Shown here: positions 46,091 to 58,825 of the stretch, in pieces
How positions within the stretch are numbered: the stretch's first letter is position 1
How the letters are laid out: each line of letters begins with the position of its first letter
Assembly: GCF_037042905.1 (NCBI RefSeq)
Contig: NC_087254.1
Location: 26,102,001 to 26,166,000, forward strand
DNA length: 64,000 nt
Reading direction: 5' to 3'
From: Lytechinus pictus
Lineage: Eukaryota
Made by a program: the position numbers and the translations under genes
Notes under the pieces: generated by a model
Told to the model about the DNA's origin: nothing
Databases searched by the model: none
Seen by the model: only the letters and a program-made list of their open reading frames with translations

Positions 46091-47560
46091 CAGTGGCGTA
46101 CCGTGTGTCACGGCATTGGGGGGCACCAACAAAAATTTAGAGTCACTTAGGGAGCGCGCGAAGCGCGCTCAGTTGCCAGGTATCCTGACCTAAAAGAGAC
46201 ATTTTAAGGAAATGCAGTGCCATTAAACGGATATGTATCTCACTGATTAAATAATGCGAGCGCGAAGCGCGAGCTGAAAATTTATGATATTCGGACCTAA
46301 AAAGGGACATTATAAGCATTTTTTGTAATCATGATACGTACCTGTCTCGCTAAACAAACAATGCGAGCGCGAAGCGCGAGCTGAAATTTTTGTATATATT
46401 GACCCCAAACAAGGACATTTTAAGGGCTATATTTTAGGAATCCATTAAGATTATACATATCTCAGCATAGTCATCTAATGCTAGTGCCATCCTTTGCTGA
46501 ATTTGTTGGAATTACATCTAAACACATTAAGCACTTTTGTAGTCATTGTAATCATGATAATCATACGCATCTCACTAATCAAATACTGCGAGCGCGAGCT
46601 GAAAATTTAGGAAATTCAGACCTGAAGAGGGGAATTCTATAAGGCTTGTTTGTATGAATTCACTAAGACCGTACGTATTTTACTAACCAAATGATGCGGG
46701 CGCGAAGCGCCAATGGAATTTTTTGTATATATTGACCCCAAACATGAATATTTTAAGGACCATTTTTGAAGGAATCCATTAAGAGTATCTCACCATAGTC
46801 ATCTAATGCGAGTGCCAAGCGCTTTCTGATTTTGTTAGAATTACATCTAAACACATGAAGCACATTTTGTTGTCATAGTCATACGCATCTCACTAATCAA
46901 ATACTGCGAGCGCGAAGCGCGAGCTGAAATTTAGGAATTCAGACCTGAAGAGGGGCATTCTAAGGCTTGTTTGCAGGAATTCACTAAGACCGTACGTATT
47001 TCACTAACCAAATGATGCGAGCGCGAAGCGCGAGCTGAAAATTTTTGATATTGAGATAAGAAAAATTGACATTTTAAGGACTGATTTTAGGAATTCATGA
47101 AGAGCAGACATCTCACCAATCAATGTGAACGTTAGCACGGGCAGGAAATGTTTTATATTAAGACCTTAAAATAGGGCAATCACTTTAAGTGGTCATGAAA
47201 AAGAAGAAAATGTCACTACATAAAACAATAATAACTCGAATTGCGAGGAAAAATATTTGGCGTATATACAATATTGATTTGAAAACGGGAGGTTTTAGTA
47301 CAACATGATTTATATATCTCGTTAAACAGTCCATGCGAGCACCAGGAACAATGAAGAAATAGGCCCTGGGCAAATAATGTTTCATAAAGTTATGAATTTT
47401 TTTTTAAATGTGATATAACATAATATAATATAACATTATAATGAACAATAATTTCTTCTTTCCCCACTACGTTTTTCTTCCTTTCTCCCCCTTTTTCTCC
47501 TTTCCCCCGTTTTTTTAGGGGGTGGGCACGTGCCCCCATACCCCCGTAGTTACGCCACTG
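46091..47560. mobile_element. hAT-like non-autonomous element with the same periodic motif in the opposite orientation
   Basis: CAGTGGCGTA ... TACGCCACTG. About 8 copies of gcgagcgcgaagcgcgagc and a higher-order ~330-bp duplication. No matching TSD. Confidence 0.8.
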
Positions 47561-48282
47561 CAGCATATTTATGTAACCAAACACTTTAAGGGCGGCTCCA
47601 CGATATTCTGATGGATGGAGAGGGCAAGACGACGTAAATGTGACGTCTTTTTTTTTAATAAAAAAGAAGGGGTATTAGATACCGTAACACGGCCCGGCGT
47701 TGTTATTTTAATACTCCTTTCTTCTCTTTTCTTTTCTTTCATTTTTTATTATTTTATTTTGTTTTCGAAATTTGTCCACTAATTGAAAATTCATACAGGG
47801 AGGTAGCTCCCTGCACCCCCCCCCCCCTCTTGTGCCATCGCCCCTGACCGCCGAGTGGTTTAGTGGTATGTTAAAGGAACGACATGGCTCAAAATACAGA
47901 GGTGGCGAATTGGTATCTTTGCGTACGTCATCATTACCACTTTATCAGCTTCATCGGCCACGTGACCCGAATATGTCTCTCCAATTCCCACATTTGTCAT
48001 TCAAAGGAGAGGAAGCAACCCACACACGAACCCTTGATATAAGAAAATAGGTATTTTTAAAGGGGGAACCCCACATTTTTCTATCAACGTCACTAGCACC
48101 AAGAACTCAGGATTCTATTCTCACAAAATTGCGCCATTATAAAGTTAGTAAAATTAATAAAGAGGCTGTAATAGGAGGAAATCATAATTTGTTAACTAAT
48201 TTCCGGCATTACTGGCATTACTCCTATTTGTTTAAGATCGCTATGCTCGATCTGTAATGAACATCATAAGTCAGAAAAATTT

Positions 48283-48329
48283 GGAACCAGTGGGATTCGA
48301 ACCTGCCATCTACTGCTTTCCGGGCAGCC
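48283..48329 (-). mobile_element. tRNA-derived SINE head fragment
   Basis: The reverse complement ggctgcccggaaagcagtagatggcaggttcgaatcccactggttcc has a B-box/T-arm (GGTTCGAATCCC) but no 5' half. Confidence 0.6.
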
Positions 48330-49753
48330 ATTAAAGTTGTTAGCATTATTTTGTGTTAAGCGTTTTCAGCTGACCAGGGTCCAATTTCAAATTATTATTT
48401 TTGTCATCTTCAATTCTGACTTCCAAAACCACTTGGGTGTTTGTCAAGAAATCATGCCACTCAAGGTTGAAATAGTTTTATCAATCACAATCGTAACATA
48501 ATTCATGGTAAATTCCACATAGCCTATTTGCCCTACTTTCTCCTATACTTAACAAAAATGCTAGCTAAACATATAAGAAATAATCTAGCATGTCCTGCAA
48601 ATTATCTGCCTTGGCTCCCTTTTTGTAAATGAAAATTAAATTAAATCAATTATTTTTTTATTTCTTTTTTATAACTCTCGAGTTGATTAGAATTAATCCA
48701 ATCCCATTGACCGTACAATAACCATGAAGTAAATTCTGTTATAAATGAAAATACTCATGTAATATAACTATATGCAGTACATTTAAAAAAAAATATACAT
48801 TTGTTGTATTCTCTCATTGAATCTTTTACGAGATCCGTTTGCACAGGATATACTCTATAATTAGGAGGAATATAATGCTTTTGATGATATAGTGATATTT
48901 ATTTAGTGATGAATTAAAACATATAAGTGCCAGATATTGCACATTTTGTGAGATATGATGTACTTTACACAATTTTATGTGTAATGACTATACATCTTGA
49001 TTTACTATACGAACCTTCAGTTGTACTATGAGGGTTTGAAGAGACCCCTTTTTTCAAAAGTTTAACTTAACAAGTGTTCAAGCTCTTGCTGTTTAAATCA
49101 AATCATATTGTCAATAATTAAACAATCCAGGATCAATTTGTACCAGCAACCGTGTTTTTACAGCGGTAACTTTAACGAGCAGAACCAACTGCCCGTCTCA
49201 GTATGCTATATTTTGAGATATCATCTTACATGCATGAACCCCATTGCAACGTTTAAGTTGCCCATTCTTGTCACGTCGTCATAACAACTAACCATGATTT
49301 TTCATATTCTATATCTTTCCTACAATAAGCCATCATTGATCTTAAAAAAAAACCGCTGCAGCCAATGTTCATAATTTTCTTTCAGAGGCATTTTAAATTT
49401 GGTGAGGTATGATGATTGTTAGTTCAGAAGAGTGATCTCTTCTTTTTGTAATACAATTTGTAATACAATTCAAATAAGTTTTCAAATTGTTATTCCATTA
49501 TAAATTTGAAAATCCGGGCAAGTTTAACCCCCATACAATTTGACTTCAGCCAAATATCCGGTCTTTAAAAATAATAAGGCCTTCATTTGCATTACAAAAT
49601 GGAAGAGAGAGAAGGGGTGGGGGTTATTGAATTATGGACTTGTGAACACAGCAGCGAGAGGGTTAGAAATTATAAATGAGAAATGAATGAAAACAAATCC
49701 AACAATGGTATGAAACTGTTCATCCCGCATTTATCGAGGGGGTTGTCGAATCG

Positions 49754-50236
49754 ATGTAGGACATCTGAATATTGTGACGTATGGAAATAGGACATCTGAC
49801 CATTATGGAAGTAGGACATCTGAACATTATGACGTATGGATCTAGAACGTCCGAACATAGAACGTATGGATATAGGACGTGTCAACATAGGACGTATGGA
49901 TATAGGAGTATAAACAGGATGTACGGATGTAGGACGTCTGACCATAGCACCTATGGATAAAGGACGTCTCAACATAGGACGTATGGATATAATACGTCTC
50001 AACATAGGACGTATTGATATAGGAGTGATGTATGGATGTAGGACGTCTGAACAAAAGGACGTCTAGACATCGGACCATGAATGTAGGATGTCTTAACATA
50101 GGACGTATGGGTGTAGGATGTCTAAACATAAGATGTACGGATATGGGATGTAAATGTACTGTATATATGACACCTAAACATATGATATGATATGACGTCT
50201 ATAGGGCGTCTAAAGATAGGACGTGTGAATATAGGA
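49754..50236. repeat. Degenerate minisatellite built from alternating taggacgtatgga / taggacgtctcaaca units
   Basis: Direct reading of many (a/g)taggacgt-like cores. Confidence 0.9.
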
Positions 50237-52576
50237 TTTTTTAAAAACTTTTGAATGATAATCATTGATACTTCGATTCTATTTTCCGGTGACTGTTCCC
50301 ACTATTACGCCGTATGAATGTACGATATTTACTTGATGCACCTGGCACCTGGAAGCGCACTGTATCACTCAGATATTATGGCCATAATGGTGGCACATTT
50401 AAGGTACGACATAACCGCTGCGCTATACAGCTGGAGTAATTATACTGCTTAATTGATCGCTTAGGGACTCCTGATGAAAAGAGTTAGACGCTACGAAATT
50501 ATAAACAGGCATAATATAAATAATTACCATCTCGAGATAGCTTTAGAGCTGCTGAAAGGGATTATTCTTCAAGATTCGGGGAGAAAAACATGTCAAAATA
50601 TTTCTCATAAAAGATCGTACTAAAAATAATTTCCCACATAACTCATCTCCCCAAAACAAAAATTGTATTCATCCATACCTGAGCTTGCATGTCGTATAGG
50701 GGAAAAGGATTCCAAATAGCCTCGGCATCTCGCTTGCATGTTTTGGGCCAAAATTTATCCTATATTTTGGTGCCTGCATTTCCATGAGAAAAACTTACTA
50801 ACCTTGCACCCCATGGCCTTGTCTCCCCAAATTTCTATGGACCAAAATGAAATGAAACCCTTTTTATTTGCTTGTCAAATTTACATCAGCACCCCCTGTA
50901 AAAAAAATCGTTCCCAGGGCTATGTTGCACCCTCTTAGATCTTGGATACACACCATCCTTGTCTAATTTGAGAAAAAATGGGTTAAGTCAACGAAAAACT
51001 AATAGTCATGGTTATATATTTACGGGAACAGTATATGTTACACCGAATAATCACTAACACCACTGCACTCATGAGATTTTTTTAAAAGAAGGAAAAATCC
51101 CTATTACTATCCAGCAAAATATAAGTTGGTTTTGCTTTTGGTCCTTTTGGGGGCCCAAACTATAATTGTTTGGGCCTTGCATGAGAAAATGGATAATTCT
51201 GGTACACATTACGGATGGAAACGTTTCCCCCTTTTCACTCTTTCTCTCTTTCTTCATAGGAAGATTTCTAAAACGAGACACCTGACTTATCAAGTGTGAA
51301 GATATATTGTGACTACCCATGCCATGATCACACCCCGTTTTGTATGACGTGTTGATGGTGAAAGTTCGTTGCTAGTCCCTTAGGGGTGAACTATCTTCCG
51401 AATTATTTGGCGATAAAGATCACGAAAGCCCGAAGAAGTCGACCATTTCTCCATATTTTATGATTGCTCACAGTCTGTGTGGAGGATGTGAAATCGAGAC
51501 ACCGGTTTTCGTCTCCCAACATTTAACTCTTGTTTCATCTTTAGGAGATAAGAAGACATAATTGCTCTGTTTTACTTCTGGAAGATGAAACAGATGATTA
51601 CTCATTTTTTTTGTGCAATTAATTTACAATAAAAATGAAAATTCAAATTGACTTCAAGGAAAATTTTCAGGAAAGTTGATGAAAAAAACACATAACAAAC
51701 CAACAAACATGGAAAAGAGAAAGATAAGGGGTAGTGAAGAGAGAGTGTTAGAGGGAGAGATTGACAGACAGAGGGGGAAAGACATACACAAAGGGAGAAA
51801 GGGGTAAAAGACAGAGAGAAAGGGGAGGGGGTAGGTCTTGGAAGCGGATATGATTAGCAGGAGAAACCATGAAGTCTCACGACGTTCGATGTTTTATTAA
51901 GGGTCACTCACGTTGCTTTGGTGACGACACGATTTTTCCCTTCCACCACTCAGTTTGCCCTCACACGTCGATAGCACACTAATAAAATTGTAATTATTGC
52001 TAATTGAGTCCATGTACAATACCCCATGGAAAATAAAATTAAAGAAATAGAAAAAGCATAGAAAAATCCATTAGTGGTTGAAAGTATAAGAATAGTCCAA
52101 GAACATTACAGATTCATATTTTCAACATAGAATCCAAGTTTGGTATTACATATAACAACTATTACATATCCATTTTCATGTTCATGTCTTGACATCACAA
52201 AGCAGGGGTTTTATATTAAGTTTGTATGTGTCGCCAAGAATTTAGTATACACTCCAATAATTGCATGTTTTGTATTTGCTGTTTTTTTGTACACATGCAT
52301 TTGTCAGTTCAAGTTAAAATGTTGAGAAAAGACACATGATATTCAAGAGGTTATTAAGTAGTTTACATTCAGGCACAGATCATTGTTACATTTAAACCCT
52401 TCAAGTCTAGTACAAGTTACAATTTTCTAGTGCAGTAATACACGGTTAAACTTAGTCCTCGGTAGGTTTAAAATTTAGACCACTTTACCGTTTCGAAATA
52501 TCTGCAAGCTATAGGGTTGGTGGTGATCCTCTCTGAATGTTTAAGCATATAGTCACGTGACTTCTGATACCAAACA

Positions 52577-52772
52577 CACTCTTAAAAATGTTGGGCAACA
52601 TACGGTCCACACAACAATTGGTTAAAACTTTATCCAATTCTGGGTAGTTTTACACCAATAATGTGTGCTTTGGGTGAAAACTACACAGTATTGGTGTAAA
52701 ACTACCCAGAATTGGATAAAGTTTTAACCAATTGTTGTGTGGACCGTATGTTGCCCAACATTTTTAAGAGTG
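52577..52772. mobile_element. Near-perfect palindromic CACTA-like MITE (young)
   Basis: CA|CACTCTTAAAAATGTTGGGC ... GCCCAACATTTTTAAGAGTG|CA. The ~83-bp arms are apparently perfect. Confidence 0.9.
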
Positions 52773-53199
52773 CATCGATTGACCAAACACAGTGGTGGTG
52801 CCGTGCGCGTTACGCTTCTTTCCTTCCAAAACAGAGCCAAACTTCATTTATCAATATATCGACTACCAAAACAAATAGCCGCACTACTACTCAAACCCTG
52901 TGATGGTGATATCATAAATACGATGTACAATGCTCTGTATGGTGCAGTGATTAATCCAGAGGCTATTTATACACATAAATGTGTGGAGATTATTCGTCCA
53001 CCTACATTCCATAACTAACGTCACTTAATATGTACCTCTCTGCAATTAGAGCAGAGTTAAAACAAAACACTTAGAAAATGTCAACAAGCCCTATTTTTGT
53101 ATAACCCAATTATTGGGTGAAGAGGAACATGAGGTCTTGAGTAAAATTTTGCGGAATACGGGGCGTTTTTGACGCAGTGTTGTGTAATATTTCAGTTGT

Positions 53200-54620
53200 T
53201 ATAATAATGCCAATGTTTAAACAATGATGACAATGGCGATAATGGTGGTGATGGTAATAGATATAATAGTAGTAGTTGTAGTAGTAGTAGAAGCAGCAGT
53301 AGTAGTATTAATAATAATCATGTTAATGATAACAATAGTGATAACAATAATTATAATAATAACAATAATAATAATAATAACAGCAACAACAATAATTCAA
53401 TTCAATTAAAAGTCTTCTTTATTCGCATAAGAAATGCATATACAAAGATTCAAAAACACAATATTTTCTAGTTTACAAAACAAAAATAAGATATGAAAAA
53501 CAGCATATTCAATATATATATCATAATAATAATATTAATTATAATAATGATCTAAGCTGCCACATATATAAGGATCCAAAATTAAAACTAAAGTGGCGTA
53601 CATGACCTTGGAAAACATAACCCAGTTCAGTTTTTGCGTGAGGCTCTATCACGGCAGTATTTCTATTTTCCTATATTTCATACAACGAGTACATAACGAT
53701 CACGGTCCATGATATGGGTTAGGACATAGTGTACGTTGAAAACGAGCTCTCCACTTATCGACTCTTTCTCACTCACAAGATAAACACTTGTTCTGGTAGA
53801 TACCAAACTTGAGATTGCATTCAGTTGAAAAGACGGCCAATTCACATGCCAAATAATGAAGAGAAGGCGGAGGGATTGGGCCCTTGGAGGGCTATGAATA
53901 TGATGTCGTTTTTGAAGGTGATAGTGATGTTGATGGTGATGACTATGATGATGATGATGTTGTTGATGATTATGATGATGCTATTATTGATGATGATGAT
54001 GATGATGAAGTTGCTGTTTATGCTGATGGTAATGACGATGATTATATGCGATTATGGCTCTGGCTGATATTGAAATTTCGATTTCAGGTCAGTCGATGAT
54101 GAGCCCTCTCGAAGATAATAGGATCAGACTCTGAATTCACATGGGAAACAATGAGTGATGATAAGGCGAAGGAAGGGTTGGCAATGAAGATGACATCGTT
54201 AATGATGATGATGAGAGGAGGGGGGAATATGGTAATGATATTGATGATTTTAGGCCCTGATAATTCTTTCTAGCTGATGTTGAACTCCGGTTTCAGGTCA
54301 TTCGATGTAGTCTTACGAAGATATAGACTTACAGGGGAAATTAGTTGAATGAGTTGAATGGGCGGAAGGCCTAGATAATGGGAGGCGATGAATACGATGT
54401 TGTTGATAAAGATAGTGATGATGATGATTATGGTAATGGTATTTATGGTGGTGATGGTGATAATAGTGATAATTATTACATACATAATAGTTTCGGCTGA
54501 TCTTTGCAAGATGATATTCTAGGAATACACATTGAAACAATGTGTCGAAAGAGTAGAAGGCGAAGGATAGGGATGGCGATGAAGATGACAATACTTATGA
54601 TAATGACAAATATTATTAAC
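53200..54620. repeat. Low-complexity GAT/AAT/GTA trinucleotide tracts
   Basis: Direct reading at 53224-53400, 53900-54050 and 54400-54480. Confidence 0.8.
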
Positions 54621-57600
54621 GATATGAAATAAATACGAGTGCATAATTGTGGGTACGCTTACATTAATAACCATGGCTCCTAACAACATAAATGATTAAG
54701 TTTAATACCTGTATTAAGCAATATCTGATTATTATATTCTTCCGAATATGAAGTCATCATTGCATCGTCAACACGATCACTATCATCTTCTTTCGTATTT
54801 TAAGTTGTACGGTTATATCATGGATAAACCAATAAGAGTTCACTCATGCATGATAGCAATAGTTAACCCCTGTCATATTCGGGAATAGCGACTATTGGTC
54901 GCATATTGTTTATGATGGGAAAACTTTTAAATTCGAGGGGTTTCCTTCCCCTCTAGACCCCCCATCGACCAGTACGTCAGAGAGTTTGACAAACACTTCG
55001 CCAACGGTAAACCCCGAAATCACCCCTTTGGCTGGGCCTCTCGTGACCCGTCTGCTCGCACAGGCTTTCTTGTTTTATCCTAAATGGGAATCGAATTTGT
55101 GCGATGCATTCTGCCTGAGTGCATGCATAATCTTTTCTTTGATCACAATCGCGCGCTTGATCGCCGTCGAGCATGTGTTCATCGCTCGTCCAAATTTAGA
55201 AGCAATTTGTCCCCGTTTCCCCCGTAGCGCGTGTAGTCTGCATCCTTTTCTCTTTCTTTACATTCTCTTTTCAATCTTATCATTACTGTATTTTTTCTAC
55301 GTTTCCTCTATCCTTGACCTATGTTATCACAAAAAAAAAGGTCAAAAGAAGTATCTCTCTGTATATAGGTTTGGAGTCAAAATAGATATCTCTTCTTGAT
55401 CTTTCTATCAAATTCCCATCCAACCCTTTCTCTGTTATTCCATGTCTTGTTCTATTCTTTTGAAATATTACTTGATTTCTATTTTTCATACAGAGGACAT
55501 CCGGTAAACATGGAATATGATTAGCCATATAATATGATTTCCTATATAGGTATATGTAGGTCTATTTATGAGATATCAAGAAACATTTCCATCAAAATGC
55601 AATCGCGATGTAAGAATGATTACAGTACAGTGAGATAGCCAGGTATCTGCATGGCCCTGGGAAGCGGGGGTGCCTGGGGTGGGTGTGTCAAATTGGAGAA
55701 ATGTATTGAAAATGACCACCATCTTGTTTAGAAACCCTTTTTTTCAAAACAATCTTCGTTTTGTAGTGAAACAATATTTTTTGCTTGTCAAATTTACTTC
55801 AGCACCCCAGCCAACAACAAAATCGTTCCCAGGGCCCTGAGTATCTGCTGCTATTTTCATTCAATAATCAGATGATTGGTGCACAAATACCAATTTTGAT
55901 AAATCAAATCCTAGTGTAGTAGTAATAATCATGAAATTAATTGTGACAATTAACTACAACCACTTGTTTTTATGTATGAATAATATTATTTTGCGAAATT
56001 ATTCTTTAGAATACGTACAAAATATATATTTTGTTTACTCTTTACACATCCACTTTATCAAGGTGTTCTGCCTTGTGTTCTGATCTAAAAAAAATCACTT
56101 TACATTAGAAATCAAACTACATTGTTATTATTATTATTATTATTTTTCATTATTATTATTATTATCATTATAACTATTACTGTTGTCATTATTACTGTCA
56201 TCAACATCACCACCATCATCATTATTGGTATTGGTATTATGTATTACATTATTGTCAGTTTTCATGATCGATGAAATAACTGAGCCACACTATTGCGTAT
56301 AAAATATGGAGAAAAAAAAGTTTGAAAAAAGGACAAAAAATTGTATGATTTGGTAGTTTGACATTTTTGAAGAAAAATAACGGTAATATACATATTCATC
56401 AACGACAAACGCTACAACTCTTCTGTAATTTTGCATTTTGGATGACCGATCTATTTTCCAAATTATACGCTCCCTTGATGTGTGCAGTCATGCAAGCAAC
56501 TCTCAACCCGAGTTTTATCTGTAACTCTTCGTGGTTGGCTAATTCCAATGTACAAATTGATACCATAAAGCTTATGCCCCTAGTCAGTGTGCTTTCCTCA
56601 AAATGATGAAATATTTATTGGCTCGTGAATAAATGTAATATGATTGAGAGGTTTGCTCTTTACAACAACTTTTCTGTGGTTGACCCTAATTTTCATTCAC
56701 CCTTCGACATTAGCGATGGAACGCTTCCATTTGGTTTATCAATCAGTATGAAATATGCATAGCATATAGCTTTACTGATATGCATCATAATATTTACCTT
56801 TTGATTGTACAAATCTAAGGAAAGGTCTTCAAAACGAACTTTATGGCAGACCACTTGGAATTTCCCTGATCTTCATTCATTGGAAATTATTTTCGATATC
56901 AAAGTTTTACGCAGACGATTTGATAATTTGATGCAAGTATCCGTGTGACATCTAAACCAGGAAAATACCTTTGAACATAAACTAATCACAATTAAAAACG
57001 CTTGATTTTTTAGTAATACATTTACGTGTTTCGTTTGTATTGATATTACCTATTTACAACTGTGAGCCCAATGTTTTGCTTATTGATTTGTATTTCTGTA
57101 TTACTGATTTGCAAGTTAAAAATTCAAGAGAATTGTATATAATAACACAATAAACCAAACAAAAAGAATACAGGGGAGAACGAATCCTACTTATGTATAT
57201 TTTTTAAAACATTGAATCCAAACGAATTATTGAGATTCGTGAAGGGTGATTTATTACTTTTTATAAAACGCCTCTTTGTATTTGATTAGCCACTGTTACC
57301 CCCATCCCCACATGTTTCATCGCCTGTCACCCCATAATATGCATTTATTAATTGCGGATAATGATCAATGCAACTAATTCTGAAATTATACCCATCATTC
57401 ATTTTCTAAGCGCTGATTTGCAGACCTCAAGACAAGGTGAGGGCGATTTAATCGTACCGAATGGGTTTTTTACTAAGGCTTATATCATAACAGTTTTCCT
57501 ACTGTTGAAGAGTCACCGGGGAAAGGGGAAAGCAGTCAGAGGCCGCGCCAAATGGGAGGATGACAGGGGAGGGGCTACTGACTCTTATGATTCCACATGG

Positions 57601-58600
57601 TAAAACATCTTTTGAAGAGCAGAAAAATGAATCAAAAGAAAAGAAAGAGAAAAGTATGAAACATAGTCTTGTAACACTGTCTCATTCCTGGTATTCATTT
57701 TTTGATGACGTCATCTTTTATGGTGTCCCCACGTAGTAAAATACCGCAATACCGCCCCTGAAAGCAGTCGTGGATTTTTGAAAAGGATTGTTGCTCAGTT
57801 GCTTTGACATTCAAATATAACACAGAAAAAAACAAAAGTAATGCAAAAATGTTCTGGCGGCACATGTGTAAATATTCTCACACATGAATTTCTTCGGACA
57901 GTGCTTGTAATAATATAGAGTTGATTATCATTATTATCTCCGCTGTTAACACCGATGCACTGTGATAACTTTGGGTCAATTTCCTCAAAACCAGCATTTA
58001 TATACTGTATATATATATGAAAATATATCTTGGCTAATTTTAATATGCCCCACACAAAACGATGGATGTCGGATTAACACACTAGAATTTGCAGTGATGA
58101 TATCAGGGTAAGATGTGAAGTTACTACCTCTACAATTTCAAACAAAAATATTTGTCAGTAGTTTTCATAAAATCGAAATACTGTACAAAATTTAATCATT
58201 CCAAAACAAATCTATATGAGCAAGGTTGCACAGCGAGTTAACACATTCGTAATTTGTATGTTTTGATTAATATCAGGGTAAGATGTGGAGTTACTATTTC
58301 TGTCATTTTGAATAGAATATATCTTGTGTAAGTATTTTTCACAGCTAAAGCATATCTTACAACATAATTCTGTTTCCTCCAAATATTTACAGGCAAGTTC
58401 ACCTTTCCAAGGCATTGAGTAGCTATGAAGTCACCTCTCTCGCTCTTTGAAACAGTTCTTTGAAATCTGTGGAACCGTTTTCTAGGAGTTTGCATAAATA
58501 ATTATGTGCTTAGATTTTTTTTCTAGATAGTCCTAAATTGTTTCATTATCCAAAAGTGTCAAACAAAGGTTAGCACTTTGTCAACCGACCTTAGGGCTTG

Positions 58601-58825
58601 CACTGCAAAAACTCCGGTGTTGATTTAACACCAGCCCGGAATCTATATGTCCACACCAGAGAAGTGTTAAACAACACCGGTTTTGGTATTAGTCTAACAA
58701 TCACACCTATTAGTATTAAAACAGCTTCGGTTTGATTCCAAACTGGTGTTTTTTCAACACTTCTCTGGTGTGGACCTATATAGACTCCGAGCTGGTGTTA
58801 AATCAACACCGGAGTTTTTGCAGTG
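58601..58825. mobile_element. Palindromic CACTA/EnSpm-like MITE, family A copy 2
   Basis: TTG|CACTGCAAAAACTCCGGTGTTG ... CAACACCGGAGTTTTTGCAGTG|TTG. The arms are nearly identical to copy 1, and the core is in the opposite orientation. Confidence 0.85.

Noticed and set aside
40930-47040. CRISPR-like repeat-spacer arrays
   Set aside because: The context is eukaryotic with no cas genes. The repeats are degenerate, the spacers are about 90 bp and mutually related, and the arrays lie inside TIR elements.
48283-48329. tRNA gene
   Set aside because: Only the 3' half is present, with no D-arm/A-box or acceptor stem, so it is a SINE-like fragment.
53884-54099. Asp-rich biomineralisation-like ORF
   Set aside because: It is a translation of a degenerate (GAT)n tract, with a TTG start, no signal peptide, and another frame equally open.
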